Positions 9,745-19,710 of a stretch of 64,000 nucleotides of DNA are shown piece by piece. Position numbers and translations under genes: made by a program. This DNA is from a virus. The notes under the pieces are model-generated. The model was not told where the DNA came from, did no database searches, and saw nothing but the letters and a program-made list of their open reading frames with translations. Position 1 is the first letter of the stretch; every line of letters starts with the position of its first letter. Location of the stretch: IMG/VR virus record IMGVR_UViG_3300042889_002115, positions 1-64,000 of that record. One strand, 5' to 3'.

Positions 9745-10205
9745 AAAAGGTGTACTATGAAAAAATTGGACGGCGGTATCGGCCTGTGGCTGAGTATGAT
9801 AATGATCTTTTGGATAGTTTCCATAAAGGTAGTCATCTTGTCTGTGTATACCCCGGGGGTCAATCCCGTAGGTATAACGTGGAACCTAACCATGCGGCCA
9901 TGATTGCAGCAGGGCGTGTGGCTGAAGATGCTATCTGTCAGGCCTTACATAAAGCCAGTGAAATGCGGCCACAGCGAACACCTATCACTCTGGGACAACA
10001 ACGAGCCTGGCAAAAATTAGCCAAAGAGTTTGGTGATGAATTATGCCCATTGATGCACGCCAGCGCTAGAGATGTGGCCGAAGCTGGCGTCAAGGCCATG
10101 CAGACAGAAGCTAACAAACTGATGAGTCATCCCGCAGTGGTTGACGCCTGGGAGAAATTTATGTTAACATGTGAACTTACTAGGGAGAGAGAAAATGGCA
10201 ACTAA
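9741..10205 (+). CDS. Hypothetical protein
   Basis: ATGA overlap. Confidence 0.7.
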   Translation: MKKVYYEKIGRRYRPVAEYDNDLLDSFHKGSHLVCVYPGGQSRRYNVEPNHAAMIAAGRVAEDAICQALHKASEMRPQRTPITLGQQRAWQKLAKEFGDELCPLMHASARDVAEAGVKAMQTEANKLMSHPAVVDAWEKFMLTCELTRERENGN

Positions 10206-10407
10206 AACAACAGTATCTAAAATCAGCGACAAGCTGATCAAGATAAATGAATCATACACTGTGTATCGTTACGACAACGGCTTCATGGTAGAAGCAGGTG
10301 GGCGCAACAAAAAAGGCGACTACGTCACTGCCAAGATCCTGTGCAACACACTGGATGAGGTGCTGATTCTTGCAAAAGAAGCTGGCGAGATGGACTTGGA
10401 TATTTAA
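10195..10407 (+). CDS. Hypothetical protein
   Basis: GGAG RBS; start at MATKTT. Confidence 0.65.
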   Translation: MATKTTVSKISDKLIKINESYTVYRYDNGFMVEAGGRNKKGDYVTAKILCNTLDEVLILAKEAGEMDLDI

Positions 10408-10417
10408 GGAAACTACC

Positions 10418-10939
10418 ATGACACAGACTATACCAAATGTAACCTTTGCCTTTAGACAAGGCGACGAAGCACCTGAGGAAGGTGGATGCCCCATAGGCGG
10501 CGAGTTTGTTTTTAAAACAACCAATGACTTGTTTGCCAACAAACGAGTGGTGGTGTTTAGCCTGCCAGGCGCATTCACACCCACTTGCAGCACCTATCAA
10601 TTGCCGGGCTTTGAAGAACAGTACAATGACTTCCGAGCAAAAGGTATCGATGAAATTTATTGTGTCAGCGTGAATGATGCCTTTGTCATGAACGAATGGG
10701 CCAGAGCATTAAACATCAAGAATGTTCGAGTCATCCCCGACGGTGGTTACAACTTCACACGAGGCATGGGCATGTTGATTGACATGAGTCACATTGGCTT
10801 TGGCTGGCGCAGTCGTCGTTATGCGGCTGTGATCAACAACGGTCTAGTGGAACACATGTTTGTGGAACCAGAATCCAGCGCAGCTGATCCTGATCCCTAC
10901 AGTGTTTCCAGTCCTGAAAACGTAATGAAACACCTGTAA
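10418..10939 (+). CDS. Peroxiredoxin (Prx5/redoxin family)
   Basis: LPGAFTPTCS, SVNDAFVM, RSRRYA motifs. Confidence 0.93.
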   Translation: MTQTIPNVTFAFRQGDEAPEEGGCPIGGEFVFKTTNDLFANKRVVVFSLPGAFTPTCSTYQLPGFEEQYNDFRAKGIDEIYCVSVNDAFVMNEWARALNIKNVRVIPDGGYNFTRGMGMLIDMSHIGFGWRSRRYAAVINNGLVEHMFVEPESSAADPDPYSVSSPENVMKHL

Positions 10940-10949
10940 GGAGAACAGC

Positions 10950-11630
10950 ATGGCCATCTGGAAACTATCACCACAGCATAAAAAATCAGCAGTAGAAAAA
11001 ATGTTTTTCTACAATGGCAGCAAAGCTATCGTTGTTGAACAAGGCTGGCGCTGGGGCACGTTCACAGTGGAATCAGATGAGCGTCCGCTTACCGATTCGG
11101 AACTGGTAAATGAAGACGGCTATGAACTTGGTTGCATTGACAACGACGAGTCATGGGAACTGTCTGAAATGACCGACGGTTGTTGGCTAGATATTGACGC
11201 ATTGCGCGATGCCACCGAAGAAGATGTGACAGCATTTGAACAGGCCTGGGAACAAGATGGCTATGACGGCGTAGAAGAACTGGGCTGGAGCAATGACGAT
11301 ACAGAATACTACTACCTCGGTCCTTTGGAATTGACCAACGAAGACACTGGTCAAGTATTTCTGGGTGATGCTGTTGAGCCTCAAGCTCAAACCGAACAAC
11401 AGTTGATAGCAGAGTTGGACCAGCTTATTGCAACCATGCCAGAGCCAGAAGAACCTGCTGTCACAGACTGGTTCCCAATCACAGTCAATCCTGCACATGT
11501 TGGCAGTTATCAAATAACTGAGACCAAATATCCCAATTGGCCGTTTCCGCAACATGCTACCTGGGATGGCAAATCCTGGAGTGAATCGGACATTGTGTCC
11601 TGGCGTGGCCTGGCAAACAAGCCCGAATAA
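10950..11630 (+). CDS. Acidic hypothetical protein
   Basis: AGGAG RBS; long ORF. Confidence 0.7.
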   Translation: MAIWKLSPQHKKSAVEKMFFYNGSKAIVVEQGWRWGTFTVESDERPLTDSELVNEDGYELGCIDNDESWELSEMTDGCWLDIDALRDATEEDVTAFEQAWEQDGYDGVEELGWSNDDTEYYYLGPLELTNEDTGQVFLGDAVEPQAQTEQQLIAELDQLIATMPEPEEPAVTDWFPITVNPAHVGSYQITETKYPNWPFPQHATWDGKSWSESDIVSWRGLANKPE

Positions 11631-11634
11631 TAAG

Positions 11635-11663
11635 TTGACAACATGTCACATGATCTGTATAAT
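11635..11663 (+). promoter_or_regulatory. Sigma70-type promoter, perfect consensus
   Basis: TTGACA-17-TATAAT; -35 lies inside a TGACA-ACA-TGTCA palindrome. Confidence 0.85.
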
Positions 11664-11669
11664 TACTAT

Positions 11670-11806
11670 GCATGATCAAGGAAATGGTGCTGTTCAATAG
11701 TGCGGCGGGGGTCCTAGGCCCGCTGCTACTGTGGCATGTGAACGTTAGTCGCATAGGTTGAGACACTGTCCTTGAGTCAAATCAAAACCTGGTTGGTAGC
11801 CAGGGG
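11670..11806 (+). ncRNA. Candidate structured ncRNA or long structured 5' leader
   Basis: Nested stems TCAAGGA/TCCTTGA, GTTCA/TGAAC, GCGGCGGG/CCCGCTGC plus a CCTGG/CCAGG hairpin directly after a consensus promoter. Confidence 0.45.
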
Positions 11807-11839
11807 TATGCCATAAAAGGAATAAAACAGTGAAAGGAT

Positions 11840-12157
11840 ATGTATATGTCTGTTGAAATTGGGGCCGCTGCGTTGAGCATGTCCGAGTCACTCAGCTCTC
11901 TTGAATCAACGCCCTTGGTCATGCACCGTATTTGGTTTGATATCGACAGTACCGACGTCTGGTATTCAATCCAGCGTGAAGCAAAAAAACTCTATGGCCG
12001 CAACTGGAAAAGTCAATCTCGAGTCAGGCGCAAACTAGAAAACATCTGGGGCCATCAAGTGACCCATCCAGTTTGGTTTGATGTGCCCGATCAGTCATTT
12101 GCATCCTGGATCTCGGTAAAGTACGCTGTGACCGCCAAGCTAGGTCCCAATAAATAA
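11840..12157 (+). CDS. Hypothetical protein, possible divergent member of the FxLKW paralog family
   Basis: AAGGA RBS; C-terminal WFDVPDQSFASWISVKY. Confidence 0.6.
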   Translation: MYMSVEIGAAALSMSESLSSLESTPLVMHRIWFDIDSTDVWYSIQREAKKLYGRNWKSQSRVRRKLENIWGHQVTHPVWFDVPDQSFASWISVKYAVTAKLGPNK

Positions 12158-12160
12158 TCT

Positions 12161-13615
12161 ATGTTCCTTAGTTATATCACCCTGGCAGTTGCATTAAGCC
12201 TGTCAGTTATTGCTGCCTACTACTCAATCATGGGTCTTGCGGCCATTTTTGCTGCGGCCGTGATACCTATTATTATCATGGGTTCTATTCTAGAACTGGG
12301 CAAGGTGGTTGTCACGCTGTGGTTGCACGAGTATTGGTCTCGCTGCCGACTACTGATGAAAATGTATCTGGTGCCTGCTGTGGCAGCCCTGATGCTGATC
12401 ACCAGCATGGGTATTTTTGGTTTTCTTAGTAAAGCACACAGCGACCAGAGCCTGGTATCAGGTGATGTGCAGGCCAAGATCTCAGTGTATGATGAAAAAA
12501 TTCGAACAGCCAAGGACAATATAGATGCAAACCGTAAGGCGCTTAAACAGATGGATGAGGCAGTCGACCAAGTTATGGGTCGAAGTGCAGATGAAAAAGG
12601 TGCCGATAAAGCCGTATCAATCCGCAGATCTCAAGCTAAAGAACGTGCTCGTTTACTATCCGAAATCTCCTCCGAGCAGAAAACTATTGCTACAGTCAAT
12701 GAGGCTCGTGCGCCTATTGCAGCAGAGGTCAGAAAGGTTGAGGCCGAAGTTGGCCCCATCAAGTACATAGCTGCACTGATTTACAGTGATACCACCAATG
12801 TTAATATGCTAGAAGAAGCAGTGCGCTGGGTTATTATTTTGTTGGTCATTGTGTTTGACCCCTTGGCCATCATGATGCTGTTGGCGTCTACTGAAAGCCT
12901 AAGGTGGGAACGAAAGACACGTGAAGATCAAGCCGCTATGAGTATTGTTCCGCCTGACATAGTCACAAGATCGTTTACTCCAGAAGAAATTGCAGCATTG
13001 GATCAAAATGAATCTGAACCCAAGTATGACTCTGACGACGGACCGTTGACTGATGATCAGGTGCAACAGATTAAAAAAACAACAGCAGAGCAACACCCGT
13101 ATCTTGATCAGCCTTTTGTGCATTTTAAAAACCTTACACCCATACCAGCACCTGCAACTGTTAGGCCAGAAACAGATGTAGATGAGCTTGATAATGAACA
13201 AGAACTGCCTTATGTGAAAGAAGCCATCAAACAGTGGAAATCAGTTAATCCTAATGACACCATCAAGAACCAACGACACCTGTTGTCTCGGGGAGAAATT
13301 GCTGAACTGCCATGGATGGCCTTGATTAAATCTTTGCCTGAATACCAAGCTGTACACAGCTTTGGCACACAGTTACCCAGGTCAGGCAACAAAGGCGACA
13401 CCTACATTCGAACAGATCAAGTGCCTAATCGCTTGTTTAAACACAATGGCCACAACTGGATCGAGCTTGACAAAACCATCAGCGACAGTTATACTTACAA
13501 CACTGCCTACATCGATTATCTCATCGACAAAATTGCCCGGGGGGAATACGACCCTGACTTGCTGAGCGACAGAGAGAGCGAACAAGTTGCCCTACATTTA
13601 CAAGAAAGACAATAA
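12161..13615 (+). CDS. Membrane protein with three N-terminal TM helices, coiled coil, fourth TM and soluble C-terminus
   Basis: Hydrophobic segments, heptad-rich middle, IVFDPLAI motif; TAAATA at 12151. Confidence 0.7.
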   Translation: MFLSYITLAVALSLSVIAAYYSIMGLAAIFAAAVIPIIIMGSILELGKVVVTLWLHEYWSRCRLLMKMYLVPAVAALMLITSMGIFGFLSKAHSDQSLVSGDVQAKISVYDEKIRTAKDNIDANRKALKQMDEAVDQVMGRSADEKGADKAVSIRRSQAKERARLLSEISSEQKTIATVNEARAPIAAEVRKVEAEVGPIKYIAALIYSDTTNVNMLEEAVRWVIILLVIVFDPLAIMMLLASTESLRWERKTREDQAAMSIVPPDIVTRSFTPEEIAALDQNESEPKYDSDDGPLTDDQVQQIKKTTAEQHPYLDQPFVHFKNLTPIPAPATVRPETDVDELDNEQELPYVKEAIKQWKSVNPNDTIKNQRHLLSRGEIAELPWMALIKSLPEYQAVHSFGTQLPRSGNKGDTYIRTDQVPNRLFKHNGHNWIELDKTISDSYTYNTAYIDYLIDKIARGEYDPDLLSDRESEQVALHLQERQ

Positions 13616-14821
13616 ATGAAAAATATCAAACCGATAGATACCTGTAATTTTTGCGGCAAACACAAAGACACTGTGACCAAGCTTATAGTAGGCGATTCAG
13701 TTGCTATTTGCAACGAGTGTGTGGATCTGTGTCAAACTCTCTTGGTAGATGACCCAGCAGAACTCAACAAACAAACCGCTACACTGGATCCATTGGCCAT
13801 TAAAGATCATTTAGACCAGTATGTGATTGGCCAAGATCAAGCCAAACAAGTGTTGAGCGTGGCAGTGGTCAATCACTACAAACGGATCAACAATCAAGAC
13901 CAAAATACTGAAATTGAAAAAGCCAACATTCTCATGCTTGGCCCCACAGGGTCAGGCAAAACACTCTTGGCTCGCACAGTGGCCCGTTATCTTGACGTGC
14001 CGTTTGTGATTGCTGATGCCACCAGCTTGACTGAAGCTGGTTATGTAGGCGACGATGTGGAAAGTCTAATCAGTCGCTTGTATGCTGCTGCAGACTACAA
14101 CGTAGACCGTTGCCAACGCGGCATTGTGTTTGTGGATGAAATTGACAAGATTGCTAGAAAAAGTGAAGGAACCAGTATCACACGTGATGTGTCGGGCGAA
14201 GGTGTACAACAAGCCCTGCTCAAACTGGTGGAAGGCACTCGATGCCGAATTACTCCGCAAGGCGGGCGTAAACACCCGTCGGGGGAAACGGTAGAAATTG
14301 ATACCACAAACATCTTGTTCATTGCAGGTGGTGCTTTTGTGGGCCTGGAAACTATTCTTAAAAATCGCATCAAAGGCAGCACCATTGGCTTTGGTTCTAA
14401 ACTGGCCACACAAGATGATGTTAATCTCATGAACCAGACCATGCCAGACGATCTGGTACGCTTTGGTCTTATTCCAGAGTTTGTGGGACGATTCCCCAGC
14501 TGGGTTGCACTGCAGGAACTGACCAAACAGGATCTGTTGCGTATTCTACAAGACGTCAAGCACAACTACATCAGTCAGTACCATTGGTTGTTTGAGCGCG
14601 ATGAAGTTGAACTCAATTTCTCCCCTGCTGCATTAGAATTGATTGCTGAACGTACTATTGCTAACAAAACAGGTGCCAGAGGTCTGCATTCAGAACTTGA
14701 ACGAGTATTGTTACCACACATGTTTTACCTAGCAGCATATCGTCGCCAAGGCATCAAGTGCGTGGACATTGACGTAGATCTAGTAAACTCACCAGTAGAA
14801 TTGAAACAAGTCAACGAGTAA
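13616..14821 (+). CDS. clpX: ATP-dependent Clp protease ATP-binding subunit ClpX
   Basis: CNFCGK zinc finger, GPTGSGKT, DATSLTEAGYVG, DEIDK, RDVSGEGVQQALLK, RKH, IGF loop, TGARGL. Confidence 0.97.
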   Translation: MKNIKPIDTCNFCGKHKDTVTKLIVGDSVAICNECVDLCQTLLVDDPAELNKQTATLDPLAIKDHLDQYVIGQDQAKQVLSVAVVNHYKRINNQDQNTEIEKANILMLGPTGSGKTLLARTVARYLDVPFVIADATSLTEAGYVGDDVESLISRLYAAADYNVDRCQRGIVFVDEIDKIARKSEGTSITRDVSGEGVQQALLKLVEGTRCRITPQGGRKHPSGETVEIDTTNILFIAGGAFVGLETILKNRIKGSTIGFGSKLATQDDVNLMNQTMPDDLVRFGLIPEFVGRFPSWVALQELTKQDLLRILQDVKHNYISQYHWLFERDEVELNFSPAALELIAERTIANKTGARGLHSELERVLLPHMFYLAAYRRQGIKCVDIDVDLVNSPVELKQVNE

Positions 14822-15093
14822 TGTATATTGAATTTACTCTGCCACAGGGGCCTAGTGGGATAACCGCACTACAGCCAGGAATACATGCTTTGAACATAGT
14901 TTCCAAAAAACTCTCCGCCTGGGCACAACAGTACAACGTTGAGTACAAGACAAAAACAATCAAATATAAAATACGAGTAACTTTTGATTTGGACGAGTAT
15001 TACACATTGTTTGGACTGACCTGGACTGTGGACCCAAAATATCCAAGCTGGACAGATTACCGCGTGATATCTAATCTAAATAACAAAACATAA
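14821..15093 (+). CDS. Hypothetical protein (FxLxW paralog-like)
   Basis: Coupled to clpX; RVTFDLDEYYTLFGLTW. Confidence 0.6.
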   Translation: MYIEFTLPQGPSGITALQPGIHALNIVSKKLSAWAQQYNVEYKTKTIKYKIRVTFDLDEYYTLFGLTWTVDPKYPSWTDYRVISNLNNKT

Positions 15094-15121
15094 TTGATTT
15101 TTGTGTTATACTAAATAACAA

Positions 15122-15181
15122 TGTAGTGCCCATAGTGGGGCTACACTTCAAAGTCATCTTGCTTAATAAAGGAGAAAACAA
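15122..15181 (+). promoter_or_regulatory. ROSE-like RNA thermometer in hsp20 leader
   Basis: CTTGCT (15158-15163) pairs with AGGAG (15170-15174) with a bulged G; upstream TGTAG...CTACA hairpin; TAAATA at 15112. Confidence 0.6.
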
Positions 15182-15643
15182 ATGACAAAAACTCTCACCC
15201 TTCGTAGTTTCGACATCCCCGCAATTCACAAATTTGGTATTGGTTTCGATAACATGTTTGATGATCTAATGCGTGTGACAGCTCAACAATCCAGCACAAA
15301 CTATCCACCTTACGATATTGTACAAATCAGCGAAGATGAGTACATGATCAATCTAGCAGTGGCAGGTTTTGGGCACGACAATCTTTCAGTGACCAAGGAC
15401 AAAAAGTTTTTGATAGTTGAAGGTACACACAGTGTAGCAAAGTTGGCAGATGAAGATGATGCCAACTACACATATCTACACAAAGGCATCAGCGAAAGAC
15501 ATTTCCGCAGAGAATTTCAACTTGCAGATCATGTGGAAATCAGCAATGCACACCTTGAACTTGGTATCTTGAGCATACGTTTAAAACGTGAAGTTCCTGA
15601 AAGCGCCAAGCCAAAAACTATTGCTATTACGCACGTTTCTTAA
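15182..15643 (+). CDS. Small heat shock protein Hsp20 (IbpA-like)
   Basis: IGFDNMF, NYPPYDI, LAVAGF, YLHKGISERHFRREFQLA, GILSI. Confidence 0.93.
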   Translation: MTKTLTLRSFDIPAIHKFGIGFDNMFDDLMRVTAQQSSTNYPPYDIVQISEDEYMINLAVAGFGHDNLSVTKDKKFLIVEGTHSVAKLADEDDANYTYLHKGISERHFRREFQLADHVEISNAHLELGILSIRLKREVPESAKPKTIAITHVS

Positions 15644-15702
15644 TATAATAGTGTAAATACAGTGGCAGCAATTTCGCTGCCACTTTATCAAGGAAAGTAA
15701 CA

Positions 15703-16011
15703 ATGCCTCAATCAGATATCCGCACACGCATCAAACCACTAGAAGCTGTAAAAGAACCCCCAATGTACCGCGTGGTTTATTTGAATGACAATCAAACTTC
15801 ATCAGAGTTTGTGGTTGAAAGTTTGATGGAGCATTTTGATTATACTGCCGAAACAGCGGATCAAATCACAATTGACATTCACGAATCTGGCTCAGCTGTG
15901 GTAGCTGTGTTGCCCTACGAAATTGCCGAACAAAAAGGCGTAGAAGTGACCATGCTGGCTCGAGCACAAAGTTATCCTTTGCAGATCAAACTAGAACCTG
16001 AATCAAATTAA
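15703..16011 (+). CDS. clpS: ATP-dependent Clp protease adaptor ClpS
   Basis: PPMYRVVYLND..T..EFVV, IHESGSAVV, YEIAEQK, YPL. Confidence 0.9.
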   Translation: MPQSDIRTRIKPLEAVKEPPMYRVVYLNDNQTSSEFVVESLMEHFDYTAETADQITIDIHESGSAVVAVLPYEIAEQKGVEVTMLARAQSYPLQIKLEPESN

Positions 16012-16799
16012 TAGTTAATCACAATACGCTTTGGGTAGTACACCTGCTGTGAATAAGTTGTGTCTCCCCGACCTCTGCAGTTGTTGACAAATCTAACTCC
16101 GCTACGAACTTGATCCACAGATCCATGATAGTGCCCAAAACACCAGGTGTGAATCTTTTTTTCAGTGTCAGCACCTAGTGCCTGCATCATGTATCGGTTG
16201 CCCGCAGTGTTCATTCTTGAAGATCCTACTAGATCAATGTCGTGCGCAACCAAGGCAGGATCAGGTACTGTGTGAGTAACCACGATGATTTTTTTAACAT
16301 CAGGATGTGTTTGCAATCGTTTGATACTGGTATTCATGTACAGAGCATCGCTTACAGCCATTTGTGCAATGGATCGAACAGTTGCTACGTCAAGGTCATG
16401 ACGCTCGGCATACCATAGCATGGCGTCAGCTGAATCAATGGATGAGTCAAAGTCAAATGCCCACCACCCGGAAGTGCCCACAATAGCAACACCGTCGATC
16501 ACAACCACATTGTCTTGCAAGTACACCACATTGGGTATGAGTTCAATTTGTTGACTCAGATACTGATAACTAAAATCCAGCTGTGTGATATAATTTTTGT
16601 GTTCATCATTGCCGTCTATGTAAAAAACAGCTCGATAGCAGGTTCCTAGATGTTTGAGAGTTTTTAACAACAATGCTTGATCTTTGCACACATCACCGGC
16701 CACAATACACACAGGACTAGTGGCCTGAGCTGTCCAGTCAAAAGATTCAGGCCAGGTTTCAATGTGTAGATCAGAAATTAAATCAAAAGCAAATTGCAT
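16008..16799 (-). CDS. Calcineurin-like metallophosphoesterase
   Basis: ISDLH, AGD, GNDEH, VVTH, WCFGHYH, NNCRG. Confidence 0.85.
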   Translation of the reverse strand: MQFAFDLISDLHIETWPESFDWTAQATSPVCIVAGDVCKDQALLLKTLKHLGTCYRAVFYIDGNDEHKNYITQLDFSYQYLSQQIELIPNVVYLQDNVVVIDGVAIVGTSGWWAFDFDSSIDSADAMLWYAERHDLDVATVRSIAQMAVSDALYMNTSIKRLQTHPDVKKIIVVTHTVPDPALVAHDIDLVGSSRMNTAGNRYMMQALGADTEKKIHTWCFGHYHGSVDQVRSGVRFVNNCRGRGDTTYSQQVYYPKRIVINY

Positions 16800-16823
16800 G
16801 ATACATATTTAAAAGGAAAACAC

Positions 16824-17177
16824 ATGAACATTATATTTGGAGACTCAATCAATCAAATTCCCAACAGTTTTACTGTGCTGGAACTGGACACATTCCGTAT
16901 GATCAACGAAGGTCGTAACGCCACCGCATATTGCGTGATTGAAAAAATTCCCTTGACTGATTTTGACAAGCTGACAGCCTACAAAAAAGTACATAGTGAT
17001 CTCCTGGAGAACTATCGCAGACGCGAATGGACCTATTGTGAGCATGCTATTGAAGGCCTTATGGGCAAGTGGAACAACGAACTAGATTCTTTTTATTCTG
17101 ACCTGTTGTTACGAGTACAGACATATCGTCAAAATCCCCCTGGAGACGAATGGGATGGCACTAGAGTCAAGATTTAA
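16824..17177 (+). CDS. Hypothetical protein, possible TPR-like helical domain
   Basis: AAGGA RBS; YRRREW...PPGDEWDG pattern resembles the C-terminal module of some class III adenylate cyclases. Confidence 0.5.
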   Translation: MNIIFGDSINQIPNSFTVLELDTFRMINEGRNATAYCVIEKIPLTDFDKLTAYKKVHSDLLENYRRREWTYCEHAIEGLMGKWNNELDSFYSDLLLRVQTYRQNPPGDEWDGTRVKI

Positions 17178-18456
17178 CGTTAGAATGTTTTAGTAATTCT
17201 TTTGTTCTTTCATATTGTGCCAGAGTCGCCCAGGATGGCCTCCATTGAGGATGGTATTTAGATTCTAAATATTGAAATTTAATTCCGGTTGTGTAATTGT
17301 TCATTTCTGTAATTCCTTGATTTAAATTTTGTTGATATTCAAGAATAACCTGTTGTTGAAATTCTTTACTAAAGAATCTTTTGTGATTGTGTTCGCATAC
17401 TTCTTGCATTTTTTTATACATGATTTCTTTTTGTGCGCCTGGCATAGTTGCAATTGATTTCATTAGATCAACAATTGCAACAAGCCTTTGTGCTGGATCC
17501 TGAATATTGTCATAATCTTCGTCGATAATATTCTCAAATGTCTGAAAGCCGTAACTTTGCAAATATGCTAGACTTCCTGGTGTAGATACCAAAATAAACG
17601 GCTGTCCACAAGCTATTGGTCTCAATATTTTTTCAGTAAGATGCCATCTAGTGTCGTCAAACAATGTTTCTAAAACAATTTCTATGCCGCATGTTTGATA
17701 ATCCTCACCTGCATAATCAGCGCTGGCTGAGCTTGGTGTTAAGTTGTTTTCAAAGAAATCTTCAAGATCAAATCTTGAAATAGACAACGTGGGATTTTTG
17801 AATTGATGAGATTGATAATGGTAATTTTGATCTGTATCACTGAATGACATCTTGCATTTTTCAGCCAGATCATAGTTAACGATTAACTCAGTAAACCTTA
17901 ACCGATATTCCCTGACCCCAGACCAAGCTCTGTTATACACCAGGAAGTCTTTTGTTATTGATTTGTTTTTTAATAACGGGTCTATTTCTGCGTATCTGAA
18001 CCAGTCTCTTGCAATAATAGCATGACTCCAGAGATACACCGGAACAAACTCATTAGATTGATATTTTAAAACCTCGTTACTATTTTTTTCTGAGTGTAAT
18101 ATTAAGGTACGGTCATAAACAGATGGTGGTCCTATTATACGTAACATGAATTCTTTAGCTGTTTTTGAGCTGGTCTCCATGTAAATTTCAAACTCGGGGG
18201 AGTTTGTAGTAAATGGGCAAGAATTTTTTATAAAATTGATTATGTCAGATTCTGAATAGTAATTGTAATCCAATGGTTCTTGATCGTGACATATCATGGC
18301 AGGAATGTTGGGCCACAAATCTGATTTGTCGTAACTTTTTAACATGGTTAGATTGTTGAGATTTCTTGAGCCATGAGGATTCCAACGATAAATTAATAAG
18401 TTATGATTACTGATGCTGTCTAAAAAATTGTATAATCTATCTAAAGGAATTGACAT
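17167..18456 (-). CDS. Putative glycosyltransferase-like protein
   Basis: C-terminal IEIVLET...HLTEKILRPIACGQPF...GFQTF motif reminiscent of GT10/GT-B donor-binding region; AT-rich. Confidence 0.45.
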   Translation of the reverse strand: MSIPLDRLYNFLDSISNHNLLIYRWNPHGSRNLNNLTMLKSYDKSDLWPNIPAMICHDQEPLDYNYYSESDIINFIKNSCPFTTNSPEFEIYMETSSKTAKEFMLRIIGPPSVYDRTLILHSEKNSNEVLKYQSNEFVPVYLWSHAIIARDWFRYAEIDPLLKNKSITKDFLVYNRAWSGVREYRLRFTELIVNYDLAEKCKMSFSDTDQNYHYQSHQFKNPTLSISRFDLEDFFENNLTPSSASADYAGEDYQTCGIEIVLETLFDDTRWHLTEKILRPIACGQPFILVSTPGSLAYLQSYGFQTFENIIDEDYDNIQDPAQRLVAIVDLMKSIATMPGAQKEIMYKKMQEVCEHNHKRFFSKEFQQQVILEYQQNLNQGITEMNNYTTGIKFQYLESKYHPQWRPSWATLAQYERTKELLKHSNVKS

Positions 18457-18459
18457 CGA

Positions 18460-19710
18460 ATGAAAAATGTTGGATTTATTGGTCTCGGCAAGTTAGGGCT
18501 TGAATGTGCCGAAGTGTTTGCTGAATATTATACTGTGTACGGATATGATATTTACCCAAGATCAAGTGACCTTGTTAAAGTTTGCGATGTGCAGCAAGTA
18601 ATAGAATCATGTGAATGGATTTTTGTGGCAGTGCCTACTCCGCATGCTGACGGTTATGACGGATCAGTTCCGTCAAGCCACATGTGTCCGCAAGATTTTG
18701 GTCACCACGCGGTAATTGATGCGCTGGAAAAAATCAATGCCTATGCTGACTCTCCAAAAAAAGTTGTGCTGATCAGCACAGTGCTTCCTGGTACTACTAG
18801 AAAACACTTTGCAACACTATTAGATCCCAAACACACATTCTTATATAACCCCTATCTTATTGCCATGGGATCGGTTAAGTGGGACATGGTCAACCCTGAG
18901 ATGGTCATGATTGGTTCAGACACCGGAGCAGGCACAGAAATACAGGAACTAGTGGAGTTATATCAGTCCATGATGAAAAATTCGCCACGCTATGTGACAG
19001 GCACCTGGGAAGAATGTGAAGCTATTAAGATCTTCTACAATACATTTATTTCAGCCAAAGTGGGCATAGTAAACATGATTCAAGACTTTGCGGTCAAGAT
19101 TGGTAACATCAATGTGGATGTGGTTACCGATGCACTGGCTGCCAGCACCATGCGGATCATGGGACCTAAATACATGACCGCGGGCATGGGCGATGCAGGT
19201 GCTTGCCATCCGCGTGACAACATTGCTCTACGCTGGTTGGCCAAAGAATACAATATTGGCTATGACTTGTTTGACACCATCATGCGGGCTCGAGAACAGC
19301 AAGCTCGCAACCTTGCTCAGTTTTTGTTTGACACTGCACTACAGGATGGAAAGGCTTTTGGTCTTTTGCCCATAGTGATTCATGGCAAAGCCTACAAGCC
19401 CAACGTGCCTTACTGTATTGGCAGCTACAGCACCTTGGTTGGACACTACTTGAAAGAGCTAGGAGTCCTGGTTAAATATGTTGACCCATTGGCAGATGAC
19501 CGCACAGATTGTGTAACATCGTTTGATCAGCCAGCAGTGATTCTTATGGCACACAATCGCAACATCACATATGGCTACACAGGTGTACAAGCAACAGATC
19601 CAGACTACTTTGAATTTGTTCAAGGCAGCATCATTGTTGATCCGTTCCGACAAGAAGCAAATCGAACAGGCATGACAGTAATACATTATGGCAACACACG
19701 CAGTCTCTAA
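18460..19710 (+). CDS. UDP-glucose/GDP-mannose dehydrogenase family protein
   Basis: IGLGKLG Rossmann motif, FVAVPTP, ISTVLPGTT, IKIFYNTF, GACHPRD catalytic Cys, GKAYKPN. Confidence 0.92.
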   Translation: MKNVGFIGLGKLGLECAEVFAEYYTVYGYDIYPRSSDLVKVCDVQQVIESCEWIFVAVPTPHADGYDGSVPSSHMCPQDFGHHAVIDALEKINAYADSPKKVVLISTVLPGTTRKHFATLLDPKHTFLYNPYLIAMGSVKWDMVNPEMVMIGSDTGAGTEIQELVELYQSMMKNSPRYVTGTWEECEAIKIFYNTFISAKVGIVNMIQDFAVKIGNINVDVVTDALAASTMRIMGPKYMTAGMGDAGACHPRDNIALRWLAKEYNIGYDLFDTIMRAREQQARNLAQFLFDTALQDGKAFGLLPIVIHGKAYKPNVPYCIGSYSTLVGHYLKELGVLVKYVDPLADDRTDCVTSFDQPAVILMAHNRNITYGYTGVQATDPDYFEFVQGSIIVDPFRQEANRTGMTVIHYGNTRSL

